Of a stretch of 64,000 bases of DNA, positions 26,118 to 35,926 are shown piece by piece; position 1 is the stretch's first letter; the number at the start of each line of letters is the position of its first letter. The stretch lies in the NCBI GenBank assembly GCA_021736185.1, contig JAIPGJ010000001.1, positions 141 through 64,140 on the forward strand, read 5' to 3'. The notes beneath the pieces were generated by a model that worked only from the letters and a program-made list of their open reading frames with translations, was not told the origin of the DNA and ran no database searches. A program made the position numbers and the translations under genes. Source of the DNA: Fidelibacterota bacterium (GTDB lineage: Bacteria; Fidelibacterota; UBA8477; JABMPR01).

Positions 26118-27356
26118 TTAAAAAGTATATATCAGATCTGCACAGATACCCAGCGTGCCATAGAGATCATTAAAAATCATTTGAGGACCGGTGATCCAAA
26201 AGGTGTTATTTAATAAAATATCCAACTGGAGATCCCCATAGTTAAAACCCATACCTGCGGTGTAATTGTAAACACCATTACCACCCAGTGAGAATGTGGA
26301 GTAGCTATCTTCATCATCGACACTGCCTGAGACATAAACACTCTTTGAACTGGTAAATCCCAGAGTTGTGATCTGTCTTTCCAGTCCAAATCTAAGGGAT
26401 GCGTATTTCAAATTCGCTTCCAAACCCACATTGAAAATTGGGGCAACCAGACCAAAACTCATATCGGTATCTTGGGATTCAGACCCACTTATTTTATCCT
26501 CGTCTGCGACACGGGAAAAAAACAGGGAACCACCCAATCCATAAACGAGAAATATTTTGTCGTTTGCCAGATTCAGGTTATTGAAAACTCGGTAGGTTGA
26601 GCTGATGGAAAATTGACTGCCAGATTCATCTTCGAGCTTGGTGTTGGCATTGGTGTATTCACTGGAACTGCCCTGGTAACCCAGGCCAAATACGGCATAG
26701 CTGTGGTCAAAGAAAAATAGACCTTCGTTGGCCCGTGCTTTTACCTGTAGGGCAAAAGTGAGCTTACTTGCTTTTCCCTCATCTGTCCAACTGTTCCCCG
26801 GTGTTTCATAATCACCAGTAAAACTACCGTGGGGCGTTGGGAAGGTACCTATGAGATTATTAATATTGTCAGGAGTTAGACCGAAACTAAACGATGTTGA
26901 GAGTTCCATATCTTTCGTGTCCATACCATATTCAAGGTCAAGCATGATGTTGGTCTGGCTGAGTTTCTCCTCGCTGGTAGTAGGAGTAGTTTCCTTGTCA
27001 TCGTTCACATCAGTTTGGCTGGTTATTCCAAAACGGACCCCCATACGGATTGCTGCCCGACCTCCAAGGCTGCGAATGATGTTGAAATAGTCATTTTGCT
27101 GAACGCTTCCTCCATAGAAGCCCCAGGAGTTTGCAGAATCTCCAACGACCAGCAAATAATTTGGGCTTGCCAGATGAATATCCTCAAAATATATCAGATT
27201 CATGTCATTGATTCTCTGCGGAAATAGCTGGATGGAGGCATCATCACCCGGGAGCATATATGGATTGTTTCCCAAAGCCTGGACGCGTTTGTCCGTGGCT
27301 AAAAGAGAACTGAATGCAACCAGCAGGATAAGACCCATTACGAGTGTTTTTTTCAT
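26118..27356 (-). CDS. Outer-membrane beta-barrel protein (porin-like; PorV/LptO-like is a speculation)
   Basis: Signal peptide. Alternating amphipathic beta-strand pattern throughout. C-terminal ...DLIYTF with a terminal Phe, typical of beta-barrel outer-membrane proteins. Adjacent to T9SS cargo. Confidence 0.5.
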   Translation of the reverse strand: MKKTLVMGLILLVAFSSLLATDKRVQALGNNPYMLPGDDASIQLFPQRINDMNLIYFEDIHLASPNYLLVVGDSANSWGFYGGSVQQNDYFNIIRSLGGRAAIRMGVRFGITSQTDVNDDKETTPTTSEEKLSQTNIMLDLEYGMDTKDMELSTSFSFGLTPDNINNLIGTFPTPHGSFTGDYETPGNSWTDEGKASKLTFALQVKARANEGLFFFDHSYAVFGLGYQGSSSEYTNANTKLEDESGSQFSISSTYRVFNNLNLANDKIFLVYGLGGSLFFSRVADEDKISGSESQDTDMSFGLVAPIFNVGLEANLKYASLRFGLERQITTLGFTSSKSVYVSGSVDDEDSYSTFSLGGNGVYNYTAGMGFNYGDLQLDILLNNTFWITGPQMIFNDLYGTLGICADLIYTF

Positions 27357-27540
27357 GCGTTTACTCCCAAAAGATGTGTGTGTTAGAAATCTACTTGCTT
27401 ACATGATAATACATAAAATTGTAATTCCCAAAGCCCGAAAATCAATATTTGAATTTGTTGTGACCCGCATCAAATGATGACAATATGCATCACAATAGAT
27501 CAATAGTAACAGCCCTTTATGAAATTTTTTTTATTCAAAG

Positions 27541-27695
27541 AATACTGTATTTGTAACTACCGATAATCACATTATATTCTTCACGCAATTATTGAACAAT
27601 AGAAACTATTAGGGATGAATTAAGTCATGAATTACTTCATGGATGCGTCTTTACACAATCAGAAAAATACCTGGTTTGTAACTACCACGTTGACC
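27541..27695. promoter_or_regulatory. Two copies of a roughly 21-nt direct repeat (core TTTGTAACTACC) upstream of the hydrogenase operon
   Basis: aatactgtaTTTGTAACTACCga at 27541 and aatacctggTTTGTAACTACCac at 27665. They are about 120 bp apart, 55-180 nt upstream of hybO. Confidence 0.35.
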
Positions 27696-27746
27696 TGAAG
27701 TCAATTCGGAATCAGACCTTGTTAATCAGAGGGAAAGGGTAACTGA

Positions 27747-28892
27747 ATGGGAACACTACTCAAAACCGATGAAGCCCTGAACAATGCCTACTCAGAAGAG
27801 TTGGCTGCAAGAGGCGTGTCGCGTAGAGATTTTATTAAATTCTGTACTGCGATTACAGCTGCAATGGGATTGCCAGTTGGAATGGTGGCTAAAGTTGCCG
27901 AAACGGTAGCCAATCCAAAACGTCCACCTGTAATCTGGCTTCATTTCCAAGAATGTACAGGTTGCACCGAGTCACTACTCCGTGCTACGCATCCAACTGT
28001 TGAGAACCTTGTTTTGGACTTGATCTCGTTGGATTATTCTGAAACGCTTTGCGCCGCTGCTGGCCATCAAGTGGAAGAAGCATTGCACAACTCTGTTGAA
28101 GCCAATGCAGGCAAATTTATTCTTGTCATCGAAGGATCGATTCCAACAGCTGAAAATGGTATCTACTGTAAGATCGGCGGTCGCACTGCCATGGAGATCA
28201 TGGCAGATATTGGTCCCAAGGCAGCTGCTGTAGTTGCTATCGGCTCATGCGCAAGCTGGGGCGGAGTACAGTCTTCCGGTCCTAATCCTACTGGAGCCAA
28301 GGGCATTCATGAAGTATTTACGGATAAGCCTGTGATCAACCTTCCAGGTTGTCCAGCCAGTCCCTACAATCTATTGCAGACCGTTCTCTACTACCTGACA
28401 TTAGGTAAACTGCCTCAACTGGACGAGAAGAACCGCCCCATGCTGGCCTATGGCAAGCTTATCCATGAGAACTGTGAACGTCGTCCACATTTCGATGCTG
28501 GTCGTTTTGCTCAGCAGTTTGGTGATGCCGGTCATCGCCAGGGCTGGTGCCTGTATAAACTTGGTTGTAAAGGTCCCGAAACCTACGCGAACTGTCCATC
28601 GATCCTCTACGGGGATGTGGGGTCAGGCGCATGGCCAGTGGGTACTGGACATCCATGTTTTGGGTGTTCGGAAGAAGGTGTCGGATTCACCAAAGCAATT
28701 CACGAACAAGCCGATGTATTTACGGTGCGGCCACCTTCCTTATATCCTGAGGTCGACACACCTCAAGGTAATGGGTTGGGAGTTGGCGCTGCCGCAGTGG
28801 TAGGCGCTGCCGCCGGTATTGCTATCGGAGCTTCCGTAGCTACGGCGAAGAAGACAAAGGAATCCGATCAATCCTCATCAACTGAATCCTAA
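27747..28892 (+). CDS. hybO: [NiFe] hydrogenase small subunit, Tat-exported, with C-terminal membrane anchor (group 1, Hyb type)
   Basis: SRRDFIKFC Tat motif. PVIWLHFQECTGCTESLL proximal-cluster motif. C-terminal hydrophobic anchor GVGAAAVVGAAAGIAIGA. Confidence 0.9.
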   Translation: MGTLLKTDEALNNAYSEELAARGVSRRDFIKFCTAITAAMGLPVGMVAKVAETVANPKRPPVIWLHFQECTGCTESLLRATHPTVENLVLDLISLDYSETLCAAAGHQVEEALHNSVEANAGKFILVIEGSIPTAENGIYCKIGGRTAMEIMADIGPKAAAVVAIGSCASWGGVQSSGPNPTGAKGIHEVFTDKPVINLPGCPASPYNLLQTVLYYLTLGKLPQLDEKNRPMLAYGKLIHENCERRPHFDAGRFAQQFGDAGHRQGWCLYKLGCKGPETYANCPSILYGDVGSGAWPVGTGHPCFGCSEEGVGFTKAIHEQADVFTVRPPSLYPEVDTPQGNGLGVGAAAVVGAAAGIAIGASVATAKKTKESDQSSSTES

Positions 28893-28903
28893 GAGGCGTC
28901 ATT

Positions 28904-29956
28904 ATGCAAGTTGATAGAAGAGAATTTTTCAAAATCCTGTCCGCGGGTGCGGTTACGATGTCCAGCATCAGTACCGTTCAAGCTCGTAGCGTAGCGACAC
29001 TTCCGCCAGAGGCTGAAGGTGTGCTTTACGATGCCACGCTTTGCATCGGGTGTAAATCATGTGAAGTGGCCTGTAAACGTAATAACAGCATGCCCATGGA
29101 CTTTGGTTCCTATGAGGAAAGCCTCGGTGTGGAGGGTGTCTGGGATGCTCCCAAAAACCTGAATGCGAAGACATTAAATAAGATTCAGGTGTATCGAAAT
29201 GGGAAAGCAACTACGAGAAATCAGGAAAAAGATGGCTTTTCATTCATTCGTCGGGCCTGTATGCACTGTGCCGATCCGGACTGTGCTTCTGCTTGTCCAA
29301 CAACGGCCTTTACAAAAGACCCCAAGACCGGGATTGTCAGCTGGGAAAAGGATAACTGCTGTGGCTGTCGCTACTGCCAGATAGCCTGTCCATATGACAT
29401 CCCCAAGTTTGAATACGATAAAGCTATTCCACTGGTCCATAAATGCGAAATGTGCTCCCATGTACAGGCTGAGGGTGGCATACCCGGATGCGCAGAATTC
29501 TGTCCAACCGGAGCCACGATCCATGGGAAGCTTACTGATATCCTGGAAGAGGCTAAGCGTCGTATTGCCCTGCAGGAAGGGGATGAATATCCCTATCCTA
29601 CCGCGTCGTTGAAAGGCGTATATCGCCGTACCAGCGATAAAGATGGATCCTTCATTCAGGACGAAGCGCAGGATAACTCCTTTATCCAGCGTAGGCCTGT
29701 GGCCAAGTACATTGACTATATCTATGGTGAGCAAGAGAGTGGAGGGGCTCAGTACTTGATTCTCTCTGCAGTACCTTTCGAGAAATTGGGACTGCCCCGT
29801 CGCGGATTTACCTCGTCGGCTGTTCGCTCGGAAAATATCTCACACACGCTCTACAAGGGAATGATTGCACCGATCGCCCTCTTGGGTGGTCTGGTCTTCG
29901 CAGCTCATCGTAGTTCCAAATCACTAGCTGACGGCGAGGAGGTGGGTGATGAGTGA
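28904..29956 (+). CDS. hybA: Hydrogenase-2-type 4x[4Fe-4S] ferredoxin subunit (HybA/NrfC-like), Tat-exported
   Basis: RREFFK Tat motif. Four Cys clusters: CIGCKSCEVAC, CMHCADPDCASACP, CCGCRYCQIACP, CEMC...CAEFCP. C-terminal TM helix. Confidence 0.85.
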   Translation: MQVDRREFFKILSAGAVTMSSISTVQARSVATLPPEAEGVLYDATLCIGCKSCEVACKRNNSMPMDFGSYEESLGVEGVWDAPKNLNAKTLNKIQVYRNGKATTRNQEKDGFSFIRRACMHCADPDCASACPTTAFTKDPKTGIVSWEKDNCCGCRYCQIACPYDIPKFEYDKAIPLVHKCEMCSHVQAEGGIPGCAEFCPTGATIHGKLTDILEEAKRRIALQEGDEYPYPTASLKGVYRRTSDKDGSFIQDEAQDNSFIQRRPVAKYIDYIYGEQESGGAQYLILSAVPFEKLGLPRRGFTSSAVRSENISHTLYKGMIAPIALLGGLVFAAHRSSKSLADGEEVGDE

Positions 29957-31088
29957 TACTTATGCGCCATTAGGTGGTAAATTGTGGACAAAGCCCTTTT
30001 CCATTCTATTCATGCTGGCAGTGGTAGGCCTGGTCCTCATAGGCTACCGTTTTCTCTTTGGCTTGGGGGCGGTAACCAATCTCAATGACGGATATCCATG
30101 GGGTCTCTGGATTGTCTATGACATTCTGGTAGCCACTGGATTGGCTTGCGGTGGTTATGCCATGGCTATTCTTGTCTATGCCTTCAATCGCGGCCAGTAT
30201 CATCCGCTGATCAGACCGGCCTTGCTGGCTAGTGTCTTTGGATACACGCTTGCTGCAGGTGCCATTGTCATAGATACGGGGCGTTACTGGAACCTCATTA
30301 ACATATTCCTGCCGCAGACAAGCAATATTGGAAGTTCCTGGATGGTAGAGGTGGCCATTTCCATCTCAGCCTACATCGTCGTCCTGTGGTTGGAACTTTC
30401 CCCTGTGATGCTTGAGAAGTGGAACAAGACCAAACTTCGTCGGCGTGTACACCGTATCATGTTTGTGGTGGTGGCCTTCGGGATGCTTTTCCCGACGCTG
30501 CACCAGAGTTCTTTGGGTGGTCTGATGATTGTCGCTGGTGACAAACTGTCTCCCCTGTGGCAAACCAACTGGCTTCCGGCACTCTTCCTGCTTTCAGCAC
30601 TCTCCATGGGATTTGCTGTGGTGGTTTTCGAGGCAATCTTTTCAGCCACGGTGCTGAAGCGACCCTATGAACAGTCCATGTTGAGTAAGTTAGCCGGGAC
30701 CATTCCTTGGATACTCGGGTTTTATCTGATCTTGCGCTGGACCACCTTGCTGATCAACGGTGGTCTTAGCGACTGGGCACTGAATGCTAAAGGCATCATG
30801 TTCATTATTGAAAATCTGCTGTTCATTTATCCCTTCATTGTCTTGTTGAGCGAGGCGAACAGAGGGAAACTGACGCAGTTGTTTTATGCTTCCATCTCAA
30901 TCCTGCTGGCAGGCGCAGTGTATCGATTTGATGCCTTCCTGGTAGGATTCGAACCAGGTGGCGGTTATGTCTATTTTCCAGCTGTTGCTGAGATCCTGAT
31001 CACTGTTGGTATCATCTCCATCGAGCTGGTAGCTTACTTATTCTTTGTTAAACGTTTCCCGGTTTTACCGGTGCTAAAAGATGCCTAG
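29949..31088 (+). CDS. hybB: NrfD/PsrC-family integral membrane quinone-interacting subunit
   Basis: About 10 TM helices. Its position between hybA and the large subunit matches the hyb operon order. ATG 29949 follows GGAGG. The ORF track starts at GTG 29946. Confidence 0.85.
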   Translation: MSDTYAPLGGKLWTKPFSILFMLAVVGLVLIGYRFLFGLGAVTNLNDGYPWGLWIVYDILVATGLACGGYAMAILVYAFNRGQYHPLIRPALLASVFGYTLAAGAIVIDTGRYWNLINIFLPQTSNIGSSWMVEVAISISAYIVVLWLELSPVMLEKWNKTKLRRRVHRIMFVVVAFGMLFPTLHQSSLGGLMIVAGDKLSPLWQTNWLPALFLLSALSMGFAVVVFEAIFSATVLKRPYEQSMLSKLAGTIPWILGFYLILRWTTLLINGGLSDWALNAKGIMFIIENLLFIYPFIVLLSEANRGKLTQLFYASISILLAGAVYRFDAFLVGFEPGGGYVYFPAVAEILITVGIISIELVAYLFFVKRFPVLPVLKDA

Positions 31089-31100
31089 GGAGGATTTCTA

Positions 31101-32804
31101 ATGGCTAAACGTATTGTTGTAGATCCCGTGACCAGAATCGAAGGACACCTGCGCATCGATTGCGAGGTGAAGAATGGAAAAATCTCAAATGCCTGGTCAT
31201 CGGGACAGATGTGGCGTGGAATCGAGACCATCTTGGAAGGTCGTGACCCCAGGGACGCCTGGGTTTTTACCCAGCGTATCTGCGGTGTTTGTACCACGGT
31301 ACATGCCATAACATCAGTCAGAGCTGTAGAGAATGCCCTGGCCATGGAAGTGCCGTTGAACGCTCAGTATATTCGAAATATGATCATTGCGGCTCATGGT
31401 ATCCACGATCATATCGTTCATTTTTATCATCTGTCTGCCCTCGACTGGGTAGATGTTGTCTCTGCCCTTTCAGCAGATCCTGCCAAGGCTTCCAAACTGG
31501 CGGAGAGCCTTTCTGATTGGCCACATAATGGGGTTCAGGAATTCAAGGCTGTTCAAGATAAGTTGAAAGCCTTTGTGGGTTCAGGACAGCTTGGCATTTT
31601 TGCCAACGGCTACTGGGGACACCCAGCCATGAAGCTGTCACCTGAGGTAAACCTGCTGGCTGCTGCACATTATCTCCAGGCTTTTGAGATTCAGCGCTTG
31701 GCCAACCAGATTACCACCATCCTGGGATCAAAGACCCCCCATATTCAGAATCTGGCTGTAGGTGGCGTTGCCAATCCCATCAATCCTGACAGTGAGGATG
31801 CTCTTAACATGGAGCGTCTGGCAGCGATCAAGACTTTGATGGATAAGCTGGAACAGTTCATTTATCAGGCTTATTTTGTTGATGTTACAGCGATTGGTGG
31901 ATTCTATGCAGACTGGACTCAATATGGATCAGGTGTCATGAACTACTTGTCCGTTCCGGATTTCCCGACTGATACGAAGGGAACTCAATTCGGCATGCCC
32001 GGTGGATATATTCCCAACGGTGATGTGGGTGCCTTCAAGCCCATCAACTCATTCAACGACGCCATGTTTGAAAAAGGCGTTAAAGAAAGCATCAAGCACT
32101 CCTGGTATGATGGTGATCATAATCGACATCCATACAAGGGGGAGACTATTCCCAAGTATACGGATTGGGACGATGACGGTGCCTACAGCTGGGTAAAATC
32201 ACCTACATTCAATGATCAGCCTGCTCAGGTTGGTCCCTTGGCCAATGTGCTAGGTATGTATGCCGCAGGTCATAAAACCACCCAAAAAGTGGCGAATCTT
32301 GCGCTGGAGCGTGTGTCGGCGATTGCCGGGACAAAGGTTGGAATCGGTGCCTTGCATTCTACAATAGGTCGCCATGCAGCACGCTGTATTCGTACGGCTG
32401 TTCTTTATGAAGAGCTTCAAAAGAACTACGATCTTCTCATTAATAATATAGCAGGTGGCGATATGACCACATTTAACCCACCTGTATTTCCCAAGGGTGA
32501 GCAGACGGGCTTCGGTTTTCATGAAGCACCTCGTGGTACCTTGAGTCACTGGGTGGTCATCAATAATGGTAAGATCAAGAACTACCAGTGCGTGGTTCCT
32601 TCGACTTGGAACGCCGGTCCTCGAAACGGCGATGACAAGCTGGGACCATACGAGGCATCCTTGGTGGGTAACCCCATCGCGGATGAAGAGAAGCCTCTGG
32701 AGTTATTGCGGACGGTGCATTCCTTTGATCCATGCCTGGCATGCGCCATCCATCTCCATGACAACGATCGCAAGGACATTGTGAAAGTCAATGTCCTTCC
32801 CTGA
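31101..32804 (+). CDS. hybC: [NiFe] hydrogenase large subunit
   Basis: N-terminal RIEGHLRID...RICGVCTTVH (CxxC Ni ligands) and C-terminal DPCLACAIH (DPCxxCxxH) motifs. Cys, not Sec, at the C-terminal motif. Confidence 0.9.
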   Translation: MAKRIVVDPVTRIEGHLRIDCEVKNGKISNAWSSGQMWRGIETILEGRDPRDAWVFTQRICGVCTTVHAITSVRAVENALAMEVPLNAQYIRNMIIAAHGIHDHIVHFYHLSALDWVDVVSALSADPAKASKLAESLSDWPHNGVQEFKAVQDKLKAFVGSGQLGIFANGYWGHPAMKLSPEVNLLAAAHYLQAFEIQRLANQITTILGSKTPHIQNLAVGGVANPINPDSEDALNMERLAAIKTLMDKLEQFIYQAYFVDVTAIGGFYADWTQYGSGVMNYLSVPDFPTDTKGTQFGMPGGYIPNGDVGAFKPINSFNDAMFEKGVKESIKHSWYDGDHNRHPYKGETIPKYTDWDDDGAYSWVKSPTFNDQPAQVGPLANVLGMYAAGHKTTQKVANLALERVSAIAGTKVGIGALHSTIGRHAARCIRTAVLYEELQKNYDLLINNIAGGDMTTFNPPVFPKGEQTGFGFHEAPRGTLSHWVVINNGKIKNYQCVVPSTWNAGPRNGDDKLGPYEASLVGNPIADEEKPLELLRTVHSFDPCLACAIHLHDNDRKDIVKVNVLP

Positions 32805-33312
32805 CGTTGTTGTACTAGGACTGGGTAACCTGTTACTGCAGGATGAGGGCGTGGGAATCCACGCCCTCCGCATTCTGCAGGAGAATTACCTGTTTACCCC
32901 CCAAATTGAACTCGTTGATGGGGGAACCTCCGGCCTGGATCTTTTACAATTTTTCAGGCCTGAATCAAAGATGATCATGCTGGATGCCATGCTCTTTGAG
33001 CAATCAGCAGGCAGTATCGGTCGCGTGGAAAATGAGGATATTCACGCTCGCCTGAATACCAAAACATCTGTGCATCACTTGGGGTTGAGCGACCTGCTTG
33101 CTATCGCCAAACTGACGGATGTCACTCCCCGGGAAATCGTCCTTTTCGGAGTTCAGCCTGAAAGTATGGAACTGAAAGTAGAGCTCACAAAGACGGTGAA
33201 TGATGCCATTCCAAAGCTTATGGAGTATGTGATTCAGCAGCTAGGGGAGTGGGATGTGAAAACATCCACCTTGAAAAATGAGGGAAAGGGAACCACTCAG
33301 GCAGACTGGTAG
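32791..33312 (+). CDS. hybD: Hydrogenase maturation endopeptidase (HybD/HyaD family)
   Basis: VVVLGLGNLLLQDEGVGIHA...ELVDGGTSGLDLL family signature. Overlaps the hybC stop. Confidence 0.85.
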   Translation: MSFPDVVVLGLGNLLLQDEGVGIHALRILQENYLFTPQIELVDGGTSGLDLLQFFRPESKMIMLDAMLFEQSAGSIGRVENEDIHARLNTKTSVHHLGLSDLLAIAKLTDVTPREIVLFGVQPESMELKVELTKTVNDAIPKLMEYVIQQLGEWDVKTSTLKNEGKGTTQADW

Positions 33313-33352
33313 TGTGCGTTTTTTCAGTCGGTTCGGCTTGAATTTCGCCGTG

Positions 33353-33733
33353 CTATTTCATCACCCCGGCATGGGTTAACATGTAGGCGACGGCATCCTC
33401 AATATCCTTTTCAGAACACTGAGAACACATCCCCATAACAGGGAGCTCGCCATATTTACCGCGGTAGCCATGAACAGTATTGTACACGAGTTGGTCAAAC
33501 CCCTTCTCAGCACTCTCCTGCCAACGGCTATTCTGATCTAAGCGATGTGCACCCTCGATGGCGCCAGTATGACAGAGCATGCAATTATCCTTGTAAATTT
33601 TCTCACCATTAACCAGGTCAGCATGGATATCATGCAAATTAAGTTCGCTTTTTGAGCTACAGCTGAAGATTGCTGCAATCATGAGTAAACTGGATGCTAA
33701 AAAAAGTGATCGATACATGGATTCCCCTCTCAC
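33353..33733 (-). CDS. Monoheme class-I c-type cytochrome
   Basis: Signal peptide. A single CMLCH motif with a downstream Met. Likely start MYRSLFL (33718). Confidence 0.75.
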   Translation of the reverse strand: MRGESMYRSLFLASSLLMIAAIFSCSSKSELNLHDIHADLVNGEKIYKDNCMLCHTGAIEGAHRLDQNSRWQESAEKGFDQLVYNTVHGYRGKYGELPVMGMCSQCSEKDIEDAVAYMLTHAGVMK

Positions 33734-33919
33734 AACTCATAAAGTGCAATGAATGCACTGAAATTTAAAATATCAAGGGTATTTTGAAAGCCATAGTATA
33801 TCAAAAAATGAGGAGCTAATTCATTTAAGCCATTTCAAAATGTTTTATGTTCTTTATCTTAAAATCATGGAGCTTAGAAATCGAATCTGTCTGGATGGTA
33901 GATATGAGTCCCTGTTGGC

Positions 33920-34348
33920 TTGAATTTTGAAGGCATTCCAACGATGAATCTTTTCAAGAATGTCAGTTTGTTTCGTTTGTTGCTGCAGCTTATTGCTATC
34001 CACTCCTTCCTCGTTGGTCTGGGGCTGATCGTCCTTCCCTTTGGAGTTCTTTCCTGGTTTGGATTTACCGTAGACCCATATCGCTTCTTCTCCGCCCAGG
34101 GAGGCGTTTTCCACGTTGTGATGAGCATTGGCTATTTTCTTGCTGCACGAAATCCACGGGGGGAGAAGAATCTCATTATTTTCATCATCCTGGCAAAATG
34201 GATCGCTTTCTTTTTTCTGGCATTTTATTTTCTGTTTTCAGAAATGGTTCCAGTCATAGCCTTTTCCGCTGTGAGTGATGGCTTGATGGGCTTGATCGTC
34301 ATGATGTTTTTCCTCGAATTATACACTCAGGAGGAAATGGATGGCTGA
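33920..34348 (+). CDS. Small hypothetical membrane protein
   Basis: Three or four TM helices. TTG start in the ORF track (ATG at 33944 is an alternative). No motif recognised. Confidence 0.4.
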   Translation: MNFEGIPTMNLFKNVSLFRLLLQLIAIHSFLVGLGLIVLPFGVLSWFGFTVDPYRFFSAQGGVFHVVMSIGYFLAARNPRGEKNLIIFIILAKWIAFFFLAFYFLFSEMVPVIAFSAVSDGLMGLIVMMFFLELYTQEEMDG

Positions 34349-35879
34349 CAAGCCCCTTCCCAGAATAGTTATCACTGGGGCATCAGGGTTTATTGGTAGC
34401 CACTTTGTAGAAACCTACAAAGATGAATTTCAAATATATGCCCTGGCCCGTCGGAGTCAGCAGGAAGTGGGTATCCCCAGACATAAAAACATCAACTGGA
34501 TCCTGGTGGACATAGCCGATCGTGATCAGGTTCAAAGGGTGATGAGTGAGATCGAGACCAGCGGTGGAGCAGATTATTTTATTCACCTCGCAGCTTATTT
34601 TGACTTCTCTAACGAAGCGAATGCTGAGTATGAACGGACCAACGTACTGGGATCAAAAGTCATTTTTGAGGCGGCTTCAGGTCTGGGACTCAAACGATTT
34701 ATTTTTGCAAGTTCACTGGTGGTTTCAGAATTTCCACGACAGGGGGAAAGATTAAACGAACAGAGTCCACTGGACGCCGATTTTCCCTATGCAGTTACCA
34801 AAAAAGCGGGCGAAGCCATGGCCAAAGAGTGGTCTGAATCGTATCCCTGCACGGTGGTTCGCTTTGCAGCAGTGTATAGTGACTGGTGCGAATATGGTCC
34901 CCTCTATAAATTTTTAGACACCTGGTCATCCAGTTCATGGAAATCCAGAATTCTAGGTGGCCAAGGGGAATCATCAGTACCCTATATTCACATTGTCTGT
35001 TTGGTGCGGATGTTAAAAACGATCCTCGACAAAACGGAACAACTGAAACCATTCGATGTGCTCCTTGCCAGTCCCGATGAAAGTACGAGTCATCAGGAAT
35101 TATTCGACTTAAGCACCCGATTTGTATTTGGTGAAAAACGAAGCGCTGTTCACATGCCCGTTTCTCTGGCTCGGCTGGGTGTTTACCTCATGGATTTGAG
35201 CGGAAAACTCATCGGTCATCGTCCCTTCGAACGGCCCTGGATGATGAAATACATAGACGAACGTATGGATGTTGATGCTTCTTATACCAGGGATGAACTG
35301 GATTGGCAGGTGATTCCACGATATCGGCCCGAGCGCAGAATTCTACATGTGATTGAGCATATGAAAACTTTTCCCATAGAGTGGCATTCTAAGAACGTTC
35401 TGGCTCTGTATAAAACACCTGACAGGCCAAATCTGGAAATTTCTGAGGCACTTGCCCATCAGGAGGCTCAGATTCTCAGTGCCCTGCAAGTTCAAATTAT
35501 GAATGTGGATGAACCCTGGCGATATCCATCATATAAGCAAATGGAACCGGAAAAATTGGCCTGGTATCTTAGCATTGTGTATAATTTGCTCAAGGTTGCC
35601 GTACGGACAGGTGACCGATTATCTCTGGCAAATTATGCACGCTTTATCGCTAGCATACGTATCCATGAAGGTTTTAAATTGCCTGAAGTCGTTGATGTTT
35701 ATCAAACCCTCTCTGAGTTGGTCATCCAGCACCTGCTCGAATTTGATGCTGTCAAACATCTTGAGCAACGCATTCGCGACGATATTGACCTGACCATTCA
35801 GATGGCGGTGGATGAAATTGAAGACGCCTATGATAATGCTCATGCTCCAGCGCCATATATTCGATTTCATCAACGCTAG
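34341..35879 (+). CDS. Two-domain protein: N-terminal extended-SDR NAD-dependent epimerase/dehydratase fold plus a roughly 180-aa C-terminal helical domain of unknown function
   Basis: ITGASGFIGSHF Rossmann motif. YAVTK (Yx3K) catalytic pair. The C-terminal domain is shared only with the next gene. Confidence 0.75.
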   Translation: MADKPLPRIVITGASGFIGSHFVETYKDEFQIYALARRSQQEVGIPRHKNINWILVDIADRDQVQRVMSEIETSGGADYFIHLAAYFDFSNEANAEYERTNVLGSKVIFEAASGLGLKRFIFASSLVVSEFPRQGERLNEQSPLDADFPYAVTKKAGEAMAKEWSESYPCTVVRFAAVYSDWCEYGPLYKFLDTWSSSSWKSRILGGQGESSVPYIHIVCLVRMLKTILDKTEQLKPFDVLLASPDESTSHQELFDLSTRFVFGEKRSAVHMPVSLARLGVYLMDLSGKLIGHRPFERPWMMKYIDERMDVDASYTRDELDWQVIPRYRPERRILHVIEHMKTFPIEWHSKNVLALYKTPDRPNLEISEALAHQEAQILSALQVQIMNVDEPWRYPSYKQMEPEKLAWYLSIVYNLLKVAVRTGDRLSLANYARFIASIRIHEGFKLPEVVDVYQTLSELVIQHLLEFDAVKHLEQRIRDDIDLTIQMAVDEIEDAYDNAHAPAPYIRFHQR

Positions 35880-35926
35880 GCCGGTTATTCGCATTTGATT
35901 CTAAGGATCAAAGCTGGATATATAAA

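Noticed and set aside
27600-27746. A sigma54 -24/-12 element upstream of the hydrogenase operon.
   Set aside because: No TGGC(A/T)..N5..TTGC-like sequence is present. Only the direct repeat reported above is found there.
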